From the IMG/VR virus record IMGVR_UViG_2663762966_000001, positions 1 to 64,000 of that record: a stretch of 64,000 nucleotides of DNA, one strand, 5' to 3'. Shown one piece after another: positions 39,896 through 47,609 of this stretch. Below the pieces are notes generated by a model. The model made no database searches. It saw only the letters and a list, made by a program, of their open reading frames with translations, and had not been told where the DNA came from. The position numbers were made by a program, and so were the translations under genes. The stretch is from an uncultured virus (IMG/VR IMGVR_UViG_2663762966_000001). Taxonomy: Duplodnaviria > Heunggongvirae > Uroviricota > Caudoviricetes. How positions within the stretch are numbered: the first letter of the stretch is position 1; every line of letters starts with the position of its first letter.

Positions 39896-40791
39896 ACACT
39901 AAAGATACTGCCAAAAGACTTTTTCGGCTTTTTAGGTTTCTCTTTTACGTTTGGATTGTCCAAACTTTGAATGATTTGTTCAGCTTGTTGTTGTACTGAA
40001 TCAAAACTCTTCACAGGATTTACCATACCCGTATAGAGTTCTTTTTTTCGTTCTTCTCTAAGTTGTTGCAAGCGTTTCTGTTTATCAACTTTTTCTGATA
40101 ATTCACCCACTAATCCTTGAGCATTTCCTAACTCGGTTAATAGATGCAGCTGACTATTGATATTGTCGTATGTCTGTAAAATTTGATCTTCAAGTAATTG
40201 GGCAATAATAATTTCGGGCTGTGATAACTGTGAAATATCTGTTGCGCTATCAAAGCAAGAAACAACACCTTCTGGCTCTTCAGGAACAAATAATCCATCA
40301 AATAACTGACCATCACCTACATTACTTGCATAATTTGGTTGTGCAACGAAATCAAAACCAAAAAAACCCGTTGGAATTAAACGGCCACCGACATTCTTGT
40401 AATTGACTGATGTGCTAAAACCACCCGCTTGGGCTTTATAATCTTGTAATGCGATCTCACCAGGCTCGTTATCATAAAACTCTTCTCGGTGTTCAACTGT
40501 TCCATCCTTTGACGCACGTAATTCAATTGTTTTAAATGCCCGTGAAAGATATACAACTTTACCTTTAATGATCACCGTTTCAGGCGGCACCATACCATAG
40601 CGCTGTCGAATTTGATGACCGTAAAAACCTTGTAATGAATTAGTAGCAACCATTTCTTGTACATGGTCACTGTTGATCAAGTTGACCATTGCATCTACAT
40701 CGACATTACTTCGATCAACACCGGTAAATTTACGGCATCGGTCATGTAAGTTGTAAGATAGAACTTTTGTCTTTCTATTTTTGCTAGCCAT
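39886..40791 (-). CDS. Prohead protease / head-processing protein (P1 Pro-like)
   Basis: GFYGH..R...G..P.E, GGFS and F.GFDFV.QPNY motifs. Confidence 0.75.
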   Translation of the reverse strand: MASKNRKTKVLSYNLHDRCRKFTGVDRSNVDVDAMVNLINSDHVQEMVATNSLQGFYGHQIRQRYGMVPPETVIIKGKVVYLSRAFKTIELRASKDGTVEHREEFYDNEPGEIALQDYKAQAGGFSTSVNYKNVGGRLIPTGFFGFDFVAQPNYASNVGDGQLFDGLFVPEEPEGVVSCFDSATDISQLSQPEIIIAQLLEDQILQTYDNINSQLHLLTELGNAQGLVGELSEKVDKQKRLQQLREERKKELYTGMVNPVKSFDSVQQQAEQIIQSLDNPNVKEKPKKPKKSFGSIFSVWG

Positions 40792-40863
40792 AAAAAAGCC
40801 CCAATGCTGTGATTGAGGCTATTGTTTCAGTTGTTCTATAGTTGAAATTTAATCAGTTCCAAA

Positions 40864-41091
40864 TCAAATCTTTTGATCAAACTCAATTAATTCCAATAGC
40901 TTGTCATGCTGTTTATCTTCAATGGTTGCATCAAAGATGTACCCACTTTTAAGAGAAATAAAAACATCATAAAAGCGCTCATGGACCATGCCTCCTCGAT
41001 GTTCACTTTCGGAGACTTGCAAACAATCCATTTGAGATAAGTCAATTAATTGAGAACAAGCACGTTTTCTACAAAAGATTTTTAATCGCAT
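40864..41091 (-). CDS. Hypothetical protein co-transcribed with the Tad1-like gene
   Basis: 75-aa ORF. Confidence 0.5.
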   Translation of the reverse strand: MRLKIFCRKRACSQLIDLSQMDCLQVSESEHRGGMVHERFYDVFISLKSGYIFDATIEDKQHDKLLELIEFDQKI

Positions 41092-41102
41092 ACTTCACCC
41101 AA

Positions 41103-41561
41103 TTACTTAACAAGAGTGCCTTCAACACCACGAGCACGGCGCTCAGCTGTACGTTTATTAAATTCTTCTAGCGCACTTTCCATATAAATAATGGCTTGTT
41201 TGTTGAACTCACTCGGAAATTTTTCATCCAAGGTTTTAGTACGGTGAATAAGTACTTTTAACAATGCTTCACTAGTAACCCCATTCACCCCATGTTCTGG
41301 AATTGGGCCATCTTGAAAATGAATACTGATTTCAAAATCTTTTGCATTTTGGTTTTCAGGATTTGCTGAAATCTTATAGTAATGGCCCTGAGCATATTCC
41401 GTAATGCCTTCAACCACTTCCCCTTTAATAACTTTATCAATTTCTTGTGGTTCTAATTCATGGCTAGCATATCCTAAGAAATGATCAATTAATAAGTTTT
41501 CTCCCTGACCATTGATAGGTTCTGCGATTCCTACTAAAACATTGTCTTGAGCTTGTTGCAT
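41103..41561 (-). CDS. tad1: Tad1-like immune-signal sponge (anti-Thoeris/anti-CBASS)
   Basis: FQDGPIPEHGVNGVTSEALL...R......FPS..N..AI...E.AL....KRTAER.ARGVEGT matches the Tad1 family pattern. Confidence 0.75.
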   Translation of the reverse strand: MQQAQDNVLVGIAEPINGQGENLLIDHFLGYASHELEPQEIDKVIKGEVVEGITEYAQGHYYKISANPENQNAKDFEISIHFQDGPIPEHGVNGVTSEALLKVLIHRTKTLDEKFPSEFNKQAIIYMESALEEFNKRTAERRARGVEGTLVK

Positions 41562-41639
41562 ATAAAAAAGTCCTGAACTAATGAACAGGACTATGAAATC
41601 ATTTTGTATTTGAGCGCTAACTCAACAGTTCCAATTGAA

Positions 41640-42254
41640 TTAAAGGAAGTTATAGACTGCATAAGGCTTAGCTGCTATTGCCGCTGCAAAGCTTGTGGTG
41701 CCTAAATCTCTATCAAATGCCATTGAGTGAACTTTAACGACAATATTGGCTGGTACTAAACGGCGTAATATCGGTGACAGCTCTACCACTTCATTTGCAT
41801 CAACAGTTTTATCTAAAACAATTCTAATCCGACTTGTTAAGAAGTAATTTGGCTTTTCAAAATCAGACAAATAGGCTGGATATTCTTTTAGCTTTTCCAA
41901 GCTATGCCATAGCCGGATAATCTGAAAATGATCTTTCCCCCACAACATTCGTAAAACAAACTCTAAAAACGCTAATCCTCTTTTATTACCCATGCTGCTC
42001 CAATTGGCATAGATAATTCGCATTAACGTGTCAGAGGTGTTATTTCGGCGTAATACAACAAGTCCGTTTTGTTTAGAGAACCGTTCTACAACTGTTTTAC
42101 TACCGATATGAGGACAACCGTAATCCAATAAATCTTGTATGGACTGTTCAAAGTTTTGTGCAAATACTTGTTTAAATGCTTTAGCAAGTGCGGTTTGCAA
42201 GCCCGTACTCACATATTGTTCATCGATAGGCCGAGTAAAGCTTATAGGGTCCAT
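41640..42254 (-). CDS. Baseplate wedge protein
   Basis: RGLAFLEFVLRMLW...RRLVPA; follows the baseplate J-like gene. Confidence 0.6.
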   Translation of the reverse strand: MDPISFTRPIDEQYVSTGLQTALAKAFKQVFAQNFEQSIQDLLDYGCPHIGSKTVVERFSKQNGLVVLRRNNTSDTLMRIIYANWSSMGNKRGLAFLEFVLRMLWGKDHFQIIRLWHSLEKLKEYPAYLSDFEKPNYFLTSRIRIVLDKTVDANEVVELSPILRRLVPANIVVKVHSMAFDRDLGTTSFAAAIAAKPYAVYNFL

Positions 42255-43696
42255 GTAGCCCCCGAAATATCAGCGGTGCGTTCCAACTCAACAGTAATGC
42301 TGTCTTTTGTCACATACACCCACTCATTAGGCTTATTCAACTCATTTGAAAGCATAATGGTAAAGTCACTCATCCGGTCTTGGAAAGCCACAATATTGTC
42401 ATTAATCAGCTTCCCCATTTCTTGCGTATTAAAGCCATTAACCAGCCAACGACTTGAGCTCAATGATTCACGCCCGTATCGTTCTACAAGTAATTCTTTG
42501 ATCTGTGTCTTAACCATATCTGTGTTATGTACAGAAGCCAAAGAGCCTTTAATTTTTACTTCAATTGGCTTTTCTACAACTTCATGTACATTCACTTTAC
42601 CTTCATACAAGTTATCGCAATAACCAATATACCGACAGATATCTTGTTCTAACGTTGCTTGTTCAGCTGGGTTCTTGGCAACCACCACAAGATTTAAATG
42701 ATTTATGTCGCGGTATGTAATGGCAAAGTGTTGCTCTTGCAACGTTTCATTCCAGACAGAAATAAACTGTGCCCGTTTCATAAATTTTTTACGGACTGCA
42801 TAGTCAAAGTTGCCGAGAAATACCGCATCTTCATCGTAAAGTGATGGATAGCTTGATAATAAACGTAATTCTGATACAGCTAACGGATCTACGCCCTCTC
42901 TAATCAGTCCACCAGCTTTAAAACGCACTGATACCCGCTGTTCATCATTAGTAAGTACATCAAGTAAGGCCGCATCTTTTAAACGATTAACATCAACTTC
43001 CCCGTATGTCTCAAGAATTCCAATTATTACCGTTTCATTGGCTTGCAGAGTACGACCAGCTCTCTCAGAATCGCCAAACTCAATAAACAATCTTCTTAGA
43101 TTATCTGTAGTAATAGTTACAGCATATTCACCTGGTTCAACATTCATCCAGCGCGGCTTAATTACATAGTTATTATTGCCCTGCTTAACCGAAATATTTG
43201 CAAGTGAAAGGTCCTCTAAAAGGTCAATTCGATATTTATGGAACCCTTCAGTAACTGGTACAACATATTTAATTTCACGGTATTCACTTTGTTCTGCTAT
43301 TACTTCCGCCGTCTCACCAGCTTTAACAGTAATTGATTGAAGCAACCGCCATACTCTACCGCCGCTATGGTCCTCAATCATTCGCCCTTGACTTAAGCTC
43401 ACAGCATTTGTTGACCGGTTGATAATTTCTATTAAGTGCTGACACGGTGTACCTATAGGCAAAATGCCTTTATTTGTAGCATCCGCAATAATTGAGCGGT
43501 CACGTGTTTTGGTAAATGGTTCAATTGAAGCAATATCGATTTCTGGACCAAATGCAGTCAAAAAACTAGCCATAGAACGCAGCTGGTGAACGACAAGTGG
43601 ATCTTGAGCTTTATAGCGTTCCTGAATCTCATAATCATCTATCGCTGCTTGGAGCTGGGCTTCAAAATCAGCTTGCGTTAATGTCATATGTCTCAC
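42242..43696 (-). CDS. Baseplate J-like protein (P1 BplA-like)
   Basis: 484 aa; IEFGDSERAG motif; wedge gene order. Confidence 0.65.
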   Translation of the reverse strand: MRHMTLTQADFEAQLQAAIDDYEIQERYKAQDPLVVHQLRSMASFLTAFGPEIDIASIEPFTKTRDRSIIADATNKGILPIGTPCQHLIEIINRSTNAVSLSQGRMIEDHSGGRVWRLLQSITVKAGETAEVIAEQSEYREIKYVVPVTEGFHKYRIDLLEDLSLANISVKQGNNNYVIKPRWMNVEPGEYAVTITTDNLRRLFIEFGDSERAGRTLQANETVIIGILETYGEVDVNRLKDAALLDVLTNDEQRVSVRFKAGGLIREGVDPLAVSELRLLSSYPSLYDEDAVFLGNFDYAVRKKFMKRAQFISVWNETLQEQHFAITYRDINHLNLVVVAKNPAEQATLEQDICRYIGYCDNLYEGKVNVHEVVEKPIEVKIKGSLASVHNTDMVKTQIKELLVERYGRESLSSSRWLVNGFNTQEMGKLINDNIVAFQDRMSDFTIMLSNELNKPNEWVYVTKDSITVELERTADISGATWTL

Positions 43697-44006
43697 CTGT
43701 TACTGATTTACCCAATCGGTCTGCTACTTGGTTAAGATCTATATTCACATTCATGATGCTTAAATGAATATGAACCGTCTCAAATCCTTCGGTTTGTGAA
43801 TACAGGGCTAATTGGTCAGAGTTAAGCTCAGATAATATTGGTAGATCCTTTTTCATCTTAATAAGAAAACTATCTGCCACCCTCGAGTCTAAAGGTGCCA
43901 TTAGCAAATCATAAAGAGGTGCACCAAAGTCAGAACCATACTTCCCATTAACCGGATGATTAAGCCAGTACTCAACCATGTCTAAAATTGTTTTAGATGT
44001 GATCAT
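43668..44006 (-). CDS. Baseplate gp25/W-like protein
   Basis: WL..P.NG.YGSDFG..L..LL motif upstream of the J-like gene. Confidence 0.6.
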   Translation of the reverse strand: MITSKTILDMVEYWLNHPVNGKYGSDFGAPLYDLLMAPLDSRVADSFLIKMKKDLPILSELNSDQLALYSQTEGFETVHIHLSIMNVNIDLNQVADRLGKSVTGETYDINAS

Positions 44007-44362
44007 TAGGAAGTTGCTCTATTACTGAAAATCATCAAAAGCTTTACTAGTATTGCAGTGCCGATCTGGTAAGTTGAAAAAATGGTGAAATAGATTATGA
44101 ATATCCATAATGAAACGCTTAATGCATCAAAATATGAAGCAACGTTATAGATTCGCCAATCAACAAGAATAATAGTGATCAATACACATGCCATACTTAT
44201 GAAATACATATATCTGATTTCTTTAAATAAGAGGCTTATAGGCACATGACGGAATTGTTTAATATACGCAGCTTTATTCTTGCTATTCCATCCTGTAACA
44301 ACGGAAAGATAAGCTAAAAATGCAAGAATTAAGACAATATCAATACCGATTTGAATTTGCAT
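44006..44362 (-). CDS. 3-TM membrane protein (holin-like?)
   Basis: Start reassigned to MQIQIG (44362) by promoter motif at 44427-44432 and RBS; three hydrophobic helices. Confidence 0.5.
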   Translation of the reverse strand: MQIQIGIDIVLILAFLAYLSVVTGWNSKNKAAYIKQFRHVPISLLFKEIRYMYFISMACVLITIILVDWRIYNVASYFDALSVSLWIFIIYFTIFSTYQIGTAILVKLLMIFSNRATS

Positions 44363-44470
44363 AAAAAACACCCTTAATAAGAACTGTATTAAGGGTATTG
44401 CTTTTGTATATATGTAAGCGTGAATGGTTCCATATTTGAAAATAAGAAATGCATGGATTATTATATATAC

Positions 44471-44559
44471 AAAGCCCGCTCCACTTATGACACGAGAACG
44501 TATAGGGTCATAAGTGTAGGTTAGAAGATGTCGCAACCCATCTCTAACTACCGGGCTTT
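44471..44559 (-). ncRNA. Predicted three-way-junction structured RNA 3' of the nuclease-fusion gene
   Basis: Stems AAAGCCCG/CGGGCTTT, GTAGTTAGAGATG/CATCTTCTAACCTAC and CACTTATGAC/GTCATAAGTG. Confidence 0.5.
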
Positions 44560-44561
44560 TT

Positions 44562-45503
44562 TTAATGCACTTCAAAAGCTGTAAGCAGCCATGCATTACT
44601 ACCTTCTCGCTTAATCAATGACGCTTCATGCGAATTAAATACAATATTTATTCTTGTAGATAATCCACGTTCTGTACGCCGTTGTGTACTACCTTGAGCG
44701 ATTGTTTGCACAATAGTATCCACAAGCATATGCACAACTTCATCATATGTCATGCCATCACTTTCCATACGGCGCTTGATAATATGCTTAATACCCTGTT
44801 TATCACTGCCATACTCAAAATCCACCCAGCCTAAATCATTACGATACATAGCTCTATGCACTGTGGTTTTTTCCATAATGGCTTTGTTCATTGCAGCTTT
44901 ACCACGTGTGATATTTGCTGTAACTGATTTGATTGGACTCGCACTATCAAATTCAGGCTTTCCCAGTTCGGATTGACCAGCCTCCGAACTTATACCAAGT
45001 TGTTGCTTAGCATGTTCAATTTGTTCCTTCAGTTGGTCACGCTGAGCGGTTTGTTTTGCTAAATCTTCATCTAGCTTTTGTTCTTGTTCTTGTACTTCTT
45101 TAATTTTCTGATCTACAGAAGTACGGCGCGGCGGCAAACTGACTTTATCCCGTTTATTTTGTTCTTGAATCTTTGATTGTGCTTCACGGATAAGTTTAGC
45201 TACACAACTCACGGCGTTTTCAAATGTTGGCTTATAGTCATCACTAAAATCTCCTGATAGCACAATTACTTTGTCGTTCAGTTCGGCCTTGACCACATCT
45301 GCTAAAGCACGAACATAAAGTGTTAGCGTAGCGCCACCTGAAAAGAAAAATGCAACTGGTAAAACGCTAACACCAGCAACACGCTTAATTTTGCGAAATT
45401 CTGGTGTAACAATCGTTTGGCCTGTTGCTTTTTCTAATGCCGATTGGATCTTTTTAATGTATGGAGTAGTAGCTGTTATAGCTGCTAGATTAAGACTGCC
45501 CAT
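44562..45503 (-). CDS. Hdf/DarA-N-like head protein fused to a phage BECR (barnase/RelE-like) nuclease domain
   Basis: KRVAGVS...F..G..L.L.V....D.....LN.K N-domain; coiled coil; MYRNDLGWVDF.YG....GIKHII.RR...WLLTAFE C-domain. Confidence 0.6.
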   Translation of the reverse strand: MGSLNLAAITATTPYIKKIQSALEKATGQTIVTPEFRKIKRVAGVSVLPVAFFFSGGATLTLYVRALADVVKAELNDKVIVLSGDFSDDYKPTFENAVSCVAKLIREAQSKIQEQNKRDKVSLPPRRTSVDQKIKEVQEQEQKLDEDLAKQTAQRDQLKEQIEHAKQQLGISSEAGQSELGKPEFDSASPIKSVTANITRGKAAMNKAIMEKTTVHRAMYRNDLGWVDFEYGSDKQGIKHIIKRRMESDGMTYDEVVHMLVDTIVQTIAQGSTQRRTERGLSTRINIVFNSHEASLIKREGSNAWLLTAFEVH

Positions 45504-45627
45504 GAAAAATAACCTCATATTAATGAGGTTATCTTGTAAGTAAATTTTTTCTAGAAATTACATAAGTTCCATTAAATTTCATTTTGTTTATAAATAAAAA
45601 CCTGCATTTGCAGGCTTTTATTTTAAA

Positions 45628-46335
45628 TTAATTAGAAGTTAATTTATTTCGGACGTTCGTTAAACTATGTTGAAACATTTGTAAACCTAATTCAGTAGAA
45701 ATTTTGACAGGTTCACCATGGTGATATGTTTCAGTGTTAGCGTGATATGTGTTGCCATTTCCAACAAGATGATTTGTTTCAGCAATCTCTGTTTGCAACA
45801 TTTGTATTTGATTATTAAGAGTTGTAGACATGATAGGCGCTTCCAAATTATGAACTTCTTCTCGTTTAATACTGCAATATTTTACTTCCCCTGCAGTATA
45901 TTGATCGTATTTAATAGCTTCTAGGACAACAGCTATCGCATTAGGACAATCATGAATAATATGCTGAGTATGAAAACTCCCCGATCCAATTACAGTAGGA
46001 ACATTAGTAATGTTTTCTATTGTAAACTCAGTGTCATTTACCATTTTAGAAACTTTAAGGCAAGAACCACTTAAATAGATTAGTGCAATAAAATCACTAT
46101 TTGTTTTTTCAAGTATAGATCTCGGAAGCTCAAATTGTGTTTTATTTTGTAAGATAAAATCAATAAGGGCCTCGCTAAAATCTCTCATACAAAATAAACA
46201 TCCAGCCATACCAAATACAATATCGCCCAAACGTTTCACTTTCCTAAAAGGAATATTTAGAGTAACTTCTGTACGATTTACTGTAAAGGCTATGTCGGAA
46301 GCCATGAAATGAGTATCATAAGCTGTTGTTGTCAT
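45628..46335 (-). CDS. Moron with proteasome-beta/HslV-like Ntn-hydrolase motifs
   Basis: M-TTTAY....ASD...KV......GMAG...IGSGS...AIKYD.YT.G; AT-rich; own terminator. Confidence 0.55.
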   Translation of the reverse strand: MTTTAYDTHFMASDIAFTVNRTEVTLNIPFRKVKRLGDIVFGMAGCLFCMRDFSEALIDFILQNKTQFELPRSILEKTNSDFIALIYLSGSCLKVSKMVNDTEFTIENITNVPTVIGSGSFHTQHIIHDCPNAIAVVLEAIKYDQYTAGEVKYCSIKREEVHNLEAPIMSTTLNNQIQMLQTEIAETNHLVGNGNTYHANTETYHHGEPVKISTELGLQMFQHSLTNVRNKLTSN

Positions 46336-46457
46336 TAACATAATCCTTAAAACGCGCGCGAATTATGCATTTATGAATAATATTTTTCAAGAACTATATG
46401 ATCAATTACATTGGAAATATCAATAAAATTAAGAATTTTCTCTGTACACGACAAATT

Positions 46458-47548
46458 TCACAGAACCCTTATCCTATCAGGGTTCTGCCTTCTTAAAATT
46501 GCCAAAATTTCCTTAAACTCTTCTTTTTTCCCAAAACCAATTAAACGCTGAATCGCCATTTGAACATAGTCTAAACCATAGCGAAATAAACTCATTGAGA
46601 GTCGTCCATGCTTCTTTATTTTTATCGCTTTTTTTTGATCATGTTGCCATTCACCCGTTAAGTAACACCAACAGAAGCTTATAGCTAACACCGCAATCAA
46701 TTTTTTCACTCGTCTAGGGTCTGTCAAGCGCGTATTTTCAAGATTAAACCCGCGTCCTTTGAGACAACTGAATAAGGTTTCAATTTCCCAGCGTAATGCA
46801 TAATCCTGAATAGCATTGGCATTAAACTGAGGAGAAACGACGAGTAAAAGCTCTCCATTTTCTAACTGTAGTGCACTTATATATAGTTTCACCCGACCAA
46901 CCAAAATCCGTCGTTTACGACATTCAATTTGACCAACTTTAAGATGGCGAAATAAATCACTAATTTTATGATTCTTTCCTAAATGATTGGTGACAATGAA
47001 GTTTTTTTAACACGAATGCAGAAGTTGATGTCTTGTTCAATTAACCATGTAAACCACTGCTCACCGATAAACTCTCTGTCTGCGAACACATTCACAATAC
47101 GGTCTTTACCAAAAATGGCTATAAAGCGTTGAATCAAAGCAATACGCTCTTTCGTATCTGAATTTCCACGTTTATTAAGCAATGTCCAAAGGATAGGTAT
47201 CGCTATTCCACGATAAACGATTGCGAGCATCAGGATATTAATATTTCGTTTTCCCCATTTCCAATTGGTTCTATCTAAAGTCAGTTGCACTTGGTCGAAT
47301 GAAAACATATTGAAAATCAACTGAGAAATTTGACGATAATCAAAATACTGACCTGCAAAGAAGCGCTGCATACGTCGATAAAATGATTGTGGTAAGCACT
47401 TGATGGGCAAGGCTTTAGATGCAGAAGAAAGATTACATGTTTGCTTTAAAATAATCACAAGCATGATGAGCGCAAAGCACTTTAAATGTGACTTGTTCCA
47501 TTTTAGATATTTGTTTAAGATAAGATATAACTCATTGAGATGTGTCAT
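46458..47548 (-). CDS. tnpA: ISAba1 transposase (two ORFs joined by a frameshift at the A7 run near 47002-47008)
   Basis: MTHLNELYLIL..., LDRTNW, ADREF, Y..RW.IE motifs. Confidence 0.9.
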
Positions 47549-47559
47549 AGTATTCGTCG

Positions 47560-47587
47560 TTAGAAAACAATTATTATGACATTATTT
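47560..47587 (+). promoter_or_regulatory. ISAba1 outward promoter
   Basis: TTAGAA-N16-TTATTT pointing at the integrase. Confidence 0.85.
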
Positions 47588-47609
47588 CAATGAGTTATCT
47601 ATTTTTGTC

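Noticed and set aside
44363..44596. N-terminal extension of ORF 44006..44596
   Set aside because: It spans the structured RNA, promoter motif and RBS hairpin; the start at 44362 fits better
148..45571. Reading TGGAAC as an ECF/sigmaE -35 element
   Set aside because: No conserved ECF -10 at 16-17 nt; the only conserved partner lies 29 nt away and looks like a sigma70 -10
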